A stretch of DNA of 64,000 bases. Origin: a virus. Location: IMG/VR virus record IMGVR_UViG_3300031088_000737, positions 117,271 to 181,270 of that record; one strand, given 5' to 3'. The number at the start of each line of letters is the position of its first letter. Positions within the stretch are counted from its first letter, which is position 1. A program made the position numbers and the translations under genes. The notes under the pieces are model-generated. The model was not told where the DNA came from. It saw only the letters and a program-made list of their open reading frames with translations, and ran no database searches. This document shows positions 30,576-39,422 of the stretch, one piece after another.

Positions 30576-31604
30576 CTAAAAATTCAACATAGCTACCAAA
30601 TCAAAAAACGCTTGTGGGTTATCTTCTAATTCATCCAGTTCCATTTCTATTTCATATTTTTCAAAATACTTTTTAAACTGATAATGGAAAATAATTTTTT
30701 TGAAGAATTCTTTTGAGTAAGTTTTCTTTAAACGAAGATAGCCATGTGGTGTCATTGAAATTGCATAATAAGCCGGATTGTTTAAAAAATCAAACTTACG
30801 AATCTCAACGGTAAAGTGTTTATAGCCACTGGATGTAATGTAACGTTGATTAAATCGTTTTGACGTAATATTACCCGCCTTATCCTTAACGTCTTTGTCA
30901 TAGGATTCGGATTGTTGTAACCTTACTTCAAGTTTTAAATTAGGTATAAGTTCGCCATTTTTTCCTATTTTAAACTCTTCTTTTTGAGAAATTTCTAAAA
31001 TAAAGTTGATCGAGTTCTTAATAAAGTAATTAAGCACTTTACTATTTTTGCGTGGTGGTGACAACTCGACTTCACCGTATTGAGCAAAAACTTCCAAGAT
31101 TTCTTTAATACAATGCTCAGCAATAGGTTTAATTTGTTCAGCAAATATTTTTCTATGCTCTTCCGTCTTATTGTGTTTATATTTGGTCATGTAATCCAAT
31201 GTGATATTGTAATTATATTCTGGTATTAAGTCCGATTTATAGGTAGTCTTGAAGACATCTTTGGCTAATAGAATATTAGGACTTGATTCTAATTGTTCTC
31301 TAAACCCATAAATTTTAGAAGTCGGAAACTTACTATGATTTTTGTTGATAGCAAATGTATAGCTCATGTATTCTATTTTACTTTCGGCTGGCGTCGGATT
31401 GAATGTCAACGCATTTTTATTTGCTGATGTGATATACACCATGTTTTCCAAAATTTGAATGGAGGCTTTGGGAATAAGAAAGTCACGGTTCTTATCATTC
31501 TCATAAAGACTTTGGAAGATGTTTTGAACATTTACACCTACAGATGAATTCTTCCAGTCCATTGGCATTTGTTTACTTAATTTTTCAAATTCAATAAAAT
31601 ACAT
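30576..31604 (-). CDS. Hypothetical protein, MxxI-tail family
   Basis: Ends LVAMLNF. Confidence 0.65.
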   Translation of the reverse strand: MYFIEFEKLSKQMPMDWKNSSVGVNVQNIFQSLYENDKNRDFLIPKASIQILENMVYITSANKNALTFNPTPAESKIEYMSYTFAINKNHSKFPTSKIYGFREQLESSPNILLAKDVFKTTYKSDLIPEYNYNITLDYMTKYKHNKTEEHRKIFAEQIKPIAEHCIKEILEVFAQYGEVELSPPRKNSKVLNYFIKNSINFILEISQKEEFKIGKNGELIPNLKLEVRLQQSESYDKDVKDKAGNITSKRFNQRYITSSGYKHFTVEIRKFDFLNNPAYYAISMTPHGYLRLKKTYSKEFFKKIIFHYQFKKYFEKYEIEMELDELEDNPQAFFDLVAMLNF

Positions 31605-31606
31605 AA

Positions 31607-32329
31607 TTAAAATCTCCACATATCATATATCGTTTTGTAACTGTCGAAGTTAGTTTCAAAATCTTTAAAACTTACGGTGTTTCCAATGTTTTTTGTCATT
31701 CTTTTATGCAATCTTTGTAGTATACATTTTGTCAATAGGTCATCTTGTTGCCTTGGACTTTCAATAAACTTTAAATCAGTCAAGAACTGAGCAAATTCTA
31801 GTCCTTTCACATCACTCAAAATAAAAGTCATTTTGGCATTGTAGACAAAAAGTTCAACCCACAAAAACTCAATCACCACATCCAGTTTTACATGATAAAA
31901 CATTTGAGAACGAGTAAAATTTTTATACATTTTTGTTTTACCATCAAAATCAAAAGGCATATGCATCACACTGACCGTAAAACAACTGTTCTCGGATAAA
32001 CCCCTTCGTTTAAATTCTCGTTCAAATTTTTCTGGTTGAATACAACCGAATTCTACCAGTTTATTGAAATACGTTGTTCGAATAGCTCTATTCATTTCAG
32101 TTTTATCTTTCAATCTGATGAAGTGTTTATTGTCGAGCTTTTTCAAGGCTACCATTTGAGCAGGAGTGATTTCTAATCGAATCAAGTCATTTTCATTAGG
32201 CAGTTTACCATTAAACGAAGGAGTTGCTATTTTGATTCCGTTAGTTTGATCATTATTGTTGTTCACATATAATCCACCTTCACTTCTACGGAAGGGAAAT
32301 TGTTCAGACAACAAAATAAATCTTTTCAC
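31607..32329 (-). CDS. Hypothetical protein, MxxI-tail family
   Basis: Ends IYDMWRF; GTG start after AAGGAG. Confidence 0.65.
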   Translation of the reverse strand: MKRFILLSEQFPFRRSEGGLYVNNNNDQTNGIKIATPSFNGKLPNENDLIRLEITPAQMVALKKLDNKHFIRLKDKTEMNRAIRTTYFNKLVEFGCIQPEKFEREFKRRGLSENSCFTVSVMHMPFDFDGKTKMYKNFTRSQMFYHVKLDVVIEFLWVELFVYNAKMTFILSDVKGLEFAQFLTDLKFIESPRQQDDLLTKCILQRLHKRMTKNIGNTVSFKDFETNFDSYKTIYDMWRF

Positions 32330-32456
32330 TCAGCAAACTCCTTAAATGTCCATTATTATACATTAATGTAGAAGGTAAGTCAAACTAATAGGTTTTCTTA
32401 TTTGACTTTTTTTATATTCGTAGTAAATTATTTTCATCAATAATGGTATATATTAC

Positions 32457-33050
32457 ATGAAAAAAATACAAGACTATTTGAAACAATCCTATGAGAACTC
32501 AGTGAATAAAGGTTGGTATGAAAGACCGACAACTTCTATTGAACGATTTGCTCTCATGTTGTCGGAAATATCCGAAGCCACCGAAGAAGTTCGATCATCA
32601 AAAGAAGACTTCTACCTCGTGGAAGGAAAACCAGAAGGTCAGTCTGTTGAATTAGTCGATGTCTTAATTCGTATATTTGATTATTCAGGTTATGGCAATG
32701 TCAACTTTTCTAAGTTTTTGGAAACTCAATTTTTTGTATCCTTTAATCCGATTGTTACGATTGATGATTTAATGAATGAAGTATCACAATTAAACAATAT
32801 TCGTTGCTATGAAGAGTTACAAAATTTGAAAAGTGATATAGAGTTCCACATATCGGTGGCAATCTCTATTTGTGATGCGGCTAAATCACACATGAAAAAA
32901 ACTGAGAAAGAGTTCTTGTTTTTAGCTGAAACGGTGGTTAAAATAGCATACTTCTTCCGTAAGAAAGGTTGGGATATGACAAAGGTTCTTGATATTAAAC
33001 ATGAATACAATGTGAACCGCCCACATAAACATGGTGGAAAAGTCTGTTAG
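32457..33050 (+). CDS. MazG-like nucleotide pyrophosphohydrolase
   Basis: LMLSEISEATEEVR, VELVDVLIRIFD, KHEYNVNRPHKHGGK. Confidence 0.8.
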   Translation: MKKIQDYLKQSYENSVNKGWYERPTTSIERFALMLSEISEATEEVRSSKEDFYLVEGKPEGQSVELVDVLIRIFDYSGYGNVNFSKFLETQFFVSFNPIVTIDDLMNEVSQLNNIRCYEELQNLKSDIEFHISVAISICDAAKSHMKKTEKEFLFLAETVVKIAYFFRKKGWDMTKVLDIKHEYNVNRPHKHGGKVC

Positions 33051-33061
33051 GAGTATAAACA

Positions 33062-33601
33062 ATGAATAAAATGATAATGGGTGCAGTATTGTGTGGTTCT
33101 CTATTAATGACAGCATGTGCTAGTCATACATCAACAATACCCCCAGCTTTTTTACTTGAAGACAATGTGACAATGAGCGTTGTCACCGACTATCAAGAAA
33201 AAATGCTAACAAAACAATTAAGTAGTAAATTCGATATTTCTAAAAATGCAACAAGTTTGGTATTAACCGTCAGTGATTTTGATGTATTTGAAAATGACAA
33301 TGAAACCATTAAGTCATCCATTAAGAAAGACTTGGATGTGATTGCAAACATGGTAGTCATTTCACCACACAGCCAGTTAAAAATTGTATCCCACACTGAC
33401 AATGAACTAGAATATTACTCAGGATTAGTGATTACAACACGTAAAGCATTAGAGTTAAAAGAATATATGCAAGCGAAAGATATTAGAGAAAAAAGAATTA
33501 GTTTTTACGGCGTAGGTAATGAATTCCCAATCATTAAAAACCCTACGAGTGAAGAAAAGATTAAAAATAGACGAATTGAAATACAAATTAACAACATATA
33601 A
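33062..33601 (+). CDS. OmpA-like C-terminal domain lipoprotein (divergent)
   Basis: Lipobox LMTAC; SHTDN, YGVGNEFPI, KNRRIEI. Confidence 0.8.
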   Translation: MNKMIMGAVLCGSLLMTACASHTSTIPPAFLLEDNVTMSVVTDYQEKMLTKQLSSKFDISKNATSLVLTVSDFDVFENDNETIKSSIKKDLDVIANMVVISPHSQLKIVSHTDNELEYYSGLVITTRKALELKEYMQAKDIREKRISFYGVGNEFPIIKNPTSEEKIKNRRIEIQINNI

Positions 33602-33627
33602 CCAACAAAATAATTAGGAGAATCAAT

Positions 33628-34281
33628 ATGCGTAAAATTACAATATCAGTATTAACAGCAGCCATTTTAATGGGTGGTTTGGCTGGATGTACAAACAATC
33701 CTTACACGGGTGAAAGTCAGGCAGCAAAAAGTGCTAAATATGGTGGTTTCGGTGCTCTCGGTGGTGCGGCAGTTGGTGCTTTGGTTGGTGGTAAAAAAGG
33801 TGCATTGATCGGAGCCGCTGTAGGTGGTGCTGGTGGTGCTGGTTATGGTTACTACACTGATGTTCAAGAAAAGAAATTAGCTGACCAACTTAGAGGTACT
33901 GGTGTTCAAGTTCAACGTGAAGGCGACAATCTTAGTTTGATTATGCCGGGAAATATTACATTTAAAACAGCACAATCAGATATTTCAGCATCATTCTATC
34001 CAGTATTAAATTCTATTGCTACTACATTGAAAGAATATAATACCAGTAACATTGTGGTGATTGGTCACACTGATAACACTGGATCTTTTGAAAAGAACCA
34101 AGTATTGTCTGAACAACGTGCCTATTCAGTGGCTAACTACTTTGTAGCACAAGGTGTTGCACAAGACCGCGTTCAAGCTTTTGGTTATGGCCCACGTCAA
34201 CCCATTGCTGATAACAACACAGAAGCTGGTAAACAAACGAATCGTCGTGTTGAGATTCAAATCATCAACAAACAGCAGTAA
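33628..34281 (+). CDS. OmpA-family lipoprotein with glycine zipper (YiaD-like)
   Basis: LAGC lipobox, GAAVGALVGG..GALIGAAVGG, GHTDNTGS, LSEQRA, NRRVEI. Confidence 0.93.
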   Translation: MRKITISVLTAAILMGGLAGCTNNPYTGESQAAKSAKYGGFGALGGAAVGALVGGKKGALIGAAVGGAGGAGYGYYTDVQEKKLADQLRGTGVQVQREGDNLSLIMPGNITFKTAQSDISASFYPVLNSIATTLKEYNTSNIVVIGHTDNTGSFEKNQVLSEQRAYSVANYFVAQGVAQDRVQAFGYGPRQPIADNNTEAGKQTNRRVEIQIINKQQ

Positions 34282-34287
34282 TTTAGC

Positions 34288-34893
34288 ATGAATAAGTTGA
34301 CCTTATTTATCTGTTCATCACTGGCACTTGCTGTCAGTGGATGTTCAGTGACGACCAGCTATTATACAGAACAAAGTGGTTACTCTGAAATTATCAGTAA
34401 TGAGCAAGTGGTTACACCACCCGTAGTAGCACCTGCACCTATTCCAGAAGAAATGAGCATTGAGAAAAGAGCTTATCTTGAAACTCAACAAGCTGAATTC
34501 ACAAAAGATTTGGATAAAACTGGGGTTATCATTAATAAACAGGGCAATGACTTATTGCTATACATTCCTGTTGCAGAAGCTTACAGTTACAATGGTTTTC
34601 AATTAACAAGTTATGGTTATACTGTATTAAATAAAATTGCTATCAATTTGTTAGATCAAGAATTTAGTGAATTTACACTAGGCGTTTATGATGGTTTAAG
34701 TACTTATCATAATCCTAATTTTAATATCATTGAAGCAAGAGCACGTATTGCGACTGACTATTTACTATCAAGACGAGTTAATCCTGATAAGATAGTGTAT
34801 AAACAAGAATCTATCCCAGTTCCACAATTGATTGATCCTACAATAAGCTACATTGAAATACGGATTAAAAACGATGTAAATAATTATAAATAA
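34288..34893 (+). CDS. Degenerate OmpA-like lipoprotein
   Basis: AVSGC lipobox; QGNDLLLYIP, RARIATDYL; lacks GHTD and NRRV. Confidence 0.65.
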   Translation: MNKLTLFICSSLALAVSGCSVTTSYYTEQSGYSEIISNEQVVTPPVVAPAPIPEEMSIEKRAYLETQQAEFTKDLDKTGVIINKQGNDLLLYIPVAEAYSYNGFQLTSYGYTVLNKIAINLLDQEFSEFTLGVYDGLSTYHNPNFNIIEARARIATDYLLSRRVNPDKIVYKQESIPVPQLIDPTISYIEIRIKNDVNNYK

Positions 34894-35028
34894 AAACTAA
34901 GACCACACTCAGTGGTCTTTTTTATTGATTGCAGTAAAATAATATCATTTAAAATCTATATCAAAACAGCCATAAGACTTGACTTTAAATCGTTAACAGT
35001 TAATATTTTATTATTATTGGAGATAAAA

Positions 35029-35562
35029 ATGAAACAAACCATAAAAATTTTTTCAGCACTTGCTATTGCACTATTAGGAGCAGGTTGTTCAAGCATTGAT
35101 AATCACTTAGCTCAACACGTTGAGAAGGAACCTACCTTGGGTAGTTTGAAATGGTCAACGAATGATTACAAAATTTATTTAAGAACTATGTATGTTCAAG
35201 CCGACTTTAATGAAAATGGCGACAAACGCCTATTCGCAGACTATGATTACACAATGGAATCCTCTCCATGTACTACAATCAGTAAATACAGCCCAAGAAC
35301 AAACATCTACTCATTCCAAAATAAAGGAGAGACATTGACATTTGAATGTAGACCTTATTTTAATTATGATCAACCTGACGCCAGAAGACTTTATTTGTTG
35401 GGATCTCAAAAAGATTGCGAAGATAGACAATTTGATTATAAGATAGCCGTTGTTGACAGTGGACAAGACAACTTAGCAGTCTGCGATAAACTACACCCAG
35501 AAGCATCTGAGAAAGTACAACAGCGTTATAAAGATTGGTTAAAAGCAGGTGTCTTTAAGTAA
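35029..35562 (+). CDS. Hypothetical lipoprotein
   Basis: GAGC lipobox; GGAG SD. Confidence 0.7.
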   Translation: MKQTIKIFSALAIALLGAGCSSIDNHLAQHVEKEPTLGSLKWSTNDYKIYLRTMYVQADFNENGDKRLFADYDYTMESSPCTTISKYSPRTNIYSFQNKGETLTFECRPYFNYDQPDARRLYLLGSQKDCEDRQFDYKIAVVDSGQDNLAVCDKLHPEASEKVQQRYKDWLKAGVFK

Positions 35563-35608
35563 TAAAGAGTGTTAATTTAGACAATAAAAAACCGCTTAGG
35601 CGGTTTTA

Positions 35609-36397
35609 TTATTTTAAGATATTATTAAGAATTTTGTATCTTTCATCCAAATCTTTTATAGACTCTTTCTTATCAACTACGGTGACAGGTTTAGGTTCCG
35701 TAATTTTACTGTAATTCTCTTCAATATCTTTTGTAGTTACTTTAAGGATTATCGTAGCAATCACATTGGTCGCGTTAATGTTTTGTTCTATGAGAACATA
35801 TTTTCGGCTATCAAGATTAACATATCCTTTATTAAAAAATTCTTTATTGTAATGTTTATCACCTAAAAAATTATTATATCGTGATTCCAAATAATCCAGT
35901 TCTTGTTTGACTTGACCATACGTGTCATCAAATTTGTATTGACTGAGTATTAGTCGGCTGCTTAGCACATAACCATCTATCAAATCATATTCCGTGATGA
36001 ATTTATTATCAGTCATATCTTCGGCAATTCTTAACGTTTGATGTTCAAGTCCTTTTAAATTAATGGTTACTAATTTGCCGTTATCCATCTCCACCACTTT
36101 ATTTATATGATCTTTTAAATCGTAGTTAGCTCTGGATGAACCCACTCTCTTTGTATTGATAGGAGGAAAATTTTCTTTACCTGCTGTTGTAGGAACGGTA
36201 TCAAATAAGGTTAAGTTTAAGTAGGATGTTTTTGGGATAAAAACATCAACACTGTCTTTGGCACCAACAGCCTTTTCCATCTCGCTAAATATGGTTGGGA
36301 AACTTTCTATTGTTTTTTTTGTTTCTGTCTTAGTGTCATCGGCATAAGCCGTTAATGAACACACAGCAAACAACGTTAATAATGTAGTTTTTAACAT
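35609..36397 (-). CDS. Secreted hypothetical protein (paralog of the next gene)
   Basis: Signal peptide; shared V.IP.TS, INL..L..QT and YKIL..ILK motifs. Confidence 0.7.
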   Translation of the reverse strand: MLKTTLLTLFAVCSLTAYADDTKTETKKTIESFPTIFSEMEKAVGAKDSVDVFIPKTSYLNLTLFDTVPTTAGKENFPPINTKRVGSSRANYDLKDHINKVVEMDNGKLVTINLKGLEHQTLRIAEDMTDNKFITEYDLIDGYVLSSRLILSQYKFDDTYGQVKQELDYLESRYNNFLGDKHYNKEFFNKGYVNLDSRKYVLIEQNINATNVIATIILKVTTKDIEENYSKITEPKPVTVVDKKESIKDLDERYKILNNILK

Positions 36398-36407
36398 GGT
36401 CTTTCTC

Positions 36408-37073
36408 CTATTTTAAAATGGTATCGAGTATTTTGTATTGTTTATCAATGTTTTTTTCTTTCATGCTATTTATTATCTTGTCATAGTTTTTATATGTATC
36501 TTTTTCAAGTATTGATAAATTTAAAAAGCAACATTTACCTTTAAGTATAACCGATATCTGTGCAATGTTTTTATCATTTTTGCATTTAGTCGAATAGAAA
36601 TGATATTTATAGCCAAGATCAATTAAAGCATTTTTACATTTCTTAGCTATATGTTTATTTTCTTCATATAACTCCATAATGCTTTTTTCGTTTTTATAGC
36701 TAAGTGTTAACATTTGTATATTGATTACATAACCATAGCCAACCGTGTATTCAAATACAAATGGATTCTTTGGATTATAGTCGTCACCGACTTGGATTGT
36801 TTGATATTTTATGTTTTCAAGATTAATTGTTACTGTAATAGATGTTTCATTTTTACTTATGTTTACAATATGTTCCTTAACATTTTTATAATCTATTGAT
36901 GAGCCAAGATTGTTTACAAACTGATTCTCAGTAATTCGGTAAAGATCGCCCTCTTCTTTTTGGAAAATATAATAGAGTTTACTTGTTTGGGGAATTACTA
37001 TTGTTAGTTCCTTTTGCTTACCAACTTGCGTTCCTAATTGACTTAGAATTGGTGGAAAATCGTTGACTGACAT
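36408..37073 (-). CDS. Hypothetical protein (paralog of 35609..36397)
   Basis: Shared motifs; AGGAG SD. Confidence 0.65.
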   Translation of the reverse strand: MSVNDFPPILSQLGTQVGKQKELTIVIPQTSKLYYIFQKEEGDLYRITENQFVNNLGSSIDYKNVKEHIVNISKNETSITVTINLENIKYQTIQVGDDYNPKNPFVFEYTVGYGYVINIQMLTLSYKNEKSIMELYEENKHIAKKCKNALIDLGYKYHFYSTKCKNDKNIAQISVILKGKCCFLNLSILEKDTYKNYDKIINSMKEKNIDKQYKILDTILK

Positions 37074-37187
37074 GTTATATCTCCTGAATTCCTGTAATAG
37101 TAACATTAAATAAATAATAATCAAACAAAAAATATAGATAATCTAATAGCATTATGATATAATAAGTCAAATTTAAGGACTTGTATT

Positions 37188-38453
37188 ATGATTAGAAATA
37201 CTGAATTGTCGCCCAATAAAAGCAAATCGTTGAAAACGAAAGCGGATCATTATCTTGAGATCGTTGCTATTGCCACAGAGAATGGTGGTGAATGTTTGGA
37301 TAATGAGTATGTGGCAAGCAATATTAAGATGAATTTTAGATGTGTTGATAGTCATGAATGGTCAGCACGACCTAACGATATTAAACGTGGCACATGGTGT
37401 CCATCGTGTCGATCTAACAAAACAGAAAACCTTGTTCGACAATTCTTTGAAACAGTTTTTAACCAGCCATTTAAAGTTTCTAGCCCAGAATGGCTTCAAA
37501 TTGAAGGCGAACGAAAATGTATTCTAGATGGTTTGAACACTGATTTGAAGATTGCCTTTGAGTATCATGGCGAACAACACTATCATTATATCCCGCATTT
37601 TCATGACCGGGCCAATAAATCATTTGAATACCAGCAGGAACGCGATAAGAAAGTCAGATCGCTTTGTGAATCAAATGGCATCAAACTTATTGAGATTAAG
37701 TATTTGGAAGATGGTTACTCTCGTGAAACCTTTATTTCATACCTTACTGATATCTTTAAAGCCGAATTGGATATTACAGTCACTGCTCAACAAATAACTA
37801 AATTTAAAAAATTGCCATTTGCAAGTTCAAAAATTAATGAATTAAAAGAATTGGCTAAAAAAATGAAAGGTGAATGTCTATCTGTTAAATATTTAGGAAC
37901 CCATTCAAAAGCTAAATGGAAGTGTGAAAAAGGACATGAATGGGAAGCGGTACCTAAATCTATCAAAAAAGGTCATTGGTGCCCTTATTGTAATGGACGA
38001 CTAAGAGAAGGCAACACTTTAGAAGAAATTTCAGCGATTGCACGTTCAAAAGGTGGTCAATGTTTATCAATCAGTGTTCAAAATTTAAAAGAGAAACTGA
38101 GTTTTATCTGTTCAAATGGACATTCTTTCGAAACATCCAGTGATGGCATCCTTTATACCAATAAATGGTGTCCATACTGTGCCAAGAATAAATTGGTTGA
38201 TCCTATGGCTGATATGCACGAGCATGCCAAGCTTAAAGGTGGTAAATTTCTTTCGACTGTTTATGTTAATTCAACAGCTCCTTTAATGTTTGAATGTGGT
38301 GATGGACATACATGGAATACAACTTATTCATCCATTCGACACAGAAAGTCTTGGTGCCCTAAATGCCATAATAAGAAAAAAGGTCAAAACTTGGCTGGCT
38401 ATCTCAACAAACCTAAGATTATTGAGACGACTATCGAAATTCAAATAAAATGA
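37188..38453 (+). CDS. Zinc-ribbon repeat protein with a PD-(D/E)xK/Vsr-like endonuclease domain (homing-endonuclease-like)
   Basis: Four C..GHxW...G.WCPxC repeats; LDG..TDLKIAFEYHGEQHY and SNGIKLIEI. Confidence 0.75.
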   Translation: MIRNTELSPNKSKSLKTKADHYLEIVAIATENGGECLDNEYVASNIKMNFRCVDSHEWSARPNDIKRGTWCPSCRSNKTENLVRQFFETVFNQPFKVSSPEWLQIEGERKCILDGLNTDLKIAFEYHGEQHYHYIPHFHDRANKSFEYQQERDKKVRSLCESNGIKLIEIKYLEDGYSRETFISYLTDIFKAELDITVTAQQITKFKKLPFASSKINELKELAKKMKGECLSVKYLGTHSKAKWKCEKGHEWEAVPKSIKKGHWCPYCNGRLREGNTLEEISAIARSKGGQCLSISVQNLKEKLSFICSNGHSFETSSDGILYTNKWCPYCAKNKLVDPMADMHEHAKLKGGKFLSTVYVNSTAPLMFECGDGHTWNTTYSSIRHRKSWCPKCHNKKKGQNLAGYLNKPKIIETTIEIQIK

Positions 38454-38463
38454 TCTTATTTCA

Positions 38464-38492
38464 TTGACTTTTTTTGAAAATAGGTTTATAAT
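38464..38492 (+). promoter_or_regulatory. Sigma70-type promoter driving the leader/attenuator
   Basis: TTGACT-N17-TATAAT. Confidence 0.85.
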
Positions 38493-38520
38493 TGAAAAAT
38501 ATTAAATAGGAATTTATTTT

Positions 38521-38562
38521 ATGAACATTCAATTAACTATAAGAGCCAGAGCGATATCTTAG
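38521..38562 (+). CDS. 13-aa leader peptide MNIQLTIRARAIS
   Basis: ATG AAC ATT CAA TTA ACT ATA AGA GCC AGA GCG ATA TCT TAG; AGGA SD 9 nt upstream. Confidence 0.75.
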   Translation: MNIQLTIRARAIS

Positions 38563-38655
38563 TGAGCTAATCTCATTGAGAGGGGTTAGCACACGCTAAA
38601 CCCTCTGGCAAACGAATGTGGAGCCTTTGAGGGTAATAACTCAAAGGCTTTTTTT
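38545..38655 (+). promoter_or_regulatory. Ribosome-mediated transcription attenuator (alternative hairpins)
   Basis: Mutually exclusive pairings among GCCAGAG, GCTAATCTC, GAGGGGTTAGC, GCTAAACCCTCTGGC, AGCCTTTGAGGGT and CTCAAAGGCT. Confidence 0.7.
38622..38655 (+). terminator. Attenuator intrinsic terminator
   Basis: AGCCTTTGAG-GGTAATAA-CTCAAAGGCT followed by TTTTTT. Confidence 0.9.
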
Positions 38656-38746
38656 ATGCCTGTTTGAGAAGGGTAGACTATTACCCTAATGAATGTATAT
38701 CATTGATTTTAAAGGAAAAATATTTTAAAATAAATTAAAATAGTTG

Positions 38747-38775
38747 TTGACAAAGGTGAAAAGAGTTGGTAAGAT
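38747..38775 (+). promoter_or_regulatory. Second sigma70-type promoter just upstream of the tRNA array
   Basis: TTGACA-N17-TAAGAT with an extended -10 TG. Confidence 0.7.
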
Positions 38776-38831
38776 GTTAAACATGAAGAGTTGAGAAGCA
38801 AAAAGAAAAACGCTTCATAAAGAATAAATAT

Positions 38832-38909
38832 GGGGGCACATGTTCCAAGGGATGGCGAGTTTGCCTTGCACGCAGACTGCGAAGAGTTCGATTCTCTTTG
38901 TCTCCACCA
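38832..38909 (+). tRNA. tRNA-Ala(UGC), atypical D arm
   Basis: G3:U70, loop CTTGCAC, TTCGATT T-loop, encoded CCA. Confidence 0.85.
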
Positions 38910-38950
38910 AATTTGTTGACTTGATGTGTTATAGAACAAACTTAAAATAT

Positions 38951-39025
38951 GGGCTGTTAGTTTAACTGGGAAAATACCTGCCTTGCACGCAGATGTTCAG
39001 AGTTCGATTCTCTGACGGTCCACCA
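38951..39025 (+). tRNA. tRNA-Ala(UGC)
   Basis: Cloverleaf, G3:U70, CTTGCAC, CCA. Confidence 0.9.
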
Positions 39026-39049
39026 GATTAGTTGTAGAAAGAGAATTAT

Positions 39050-39126
39050 GTCTGCGTAGCTCAGTTGGATAGAGCATCCGCCTTCTAAGCGGATGGTCGT
39101 TGGTTCGAATCCAACCGTAGACACCA
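39050..39126 (+). tRNA. tRNA-Arg(UCU)
   Basis: TCCGC-CTTCTAA-GCGGA, A20, CCA. Confidence 0.93.
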
Positions 39127-39146
39127 AATTAGATGTAACCAGATAT

Positions 39147-39221
39147 GGGCTGATAGTTTAACTGGGAAAACACTTGCCTTGCACGCAGGAGTTCAGAGTT
39201 CGATTCTCTGTCGGTCCACCA
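39147..39221 (+). tRNA. tRNA-Ala(UGC)
   Basis: Cloverleaf, G3:U70, CTTGCAC, CCA. Confidence 0.9.
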
Positions 39222-39238
39222 GATTTAAGTAATACAAT

Positions 39239-39313
39239 GGGGCTTTTAGTTTAACTGGCAAAACCTTGGGATTTCTCCTAAAGAATATGGTTCGAGTCCA
39301 TATAGCTCCACCA
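39239..39313 (+). ncRNA. tRNA-like RNA with an Ala acceptor (G3:U70, A73, CCA) and a TTTC tetraloop instead of an anticodon loop
   Basis: GGGGCT/AGCTCC acceptor, D arm GTTT/AAAC, TTGGGA-TTTC-TCCTAA, T arm TATGG-TTCGAGT-CCATA. Confidence 0.7.
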
Positions 39314-39328
39314 GTTTATAAGTTTCAT

Positions 39329-39405
39329 GGGCCATTAGTTCAGTTGGTAGAACGCCTGCTTTGCACGCAGGATGTCATGAGTTCAAATCTCATATGTGTC
39401 CACCA
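39329..39405 (+). tRNA. tRNA-Ala(UGC), one-base bulge in the acceptor stem
   Basis: CCTGC-TTTGCAC-GCAGG, G3:U70, CCA. Confidence 0.85.
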
Positions 39406-39422
39406 GTTTTAAAATTTTATAC

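Noticed and set aside
38500-38660. T-box riboswitch as the explanation for the leader
   Set aside because: No T-box consensus (AGGGTGGNACCGCG) or stem I specifier architecture. A translated leader with SD and overlapping hairpins fits ribosome-mediated attenuation instead.
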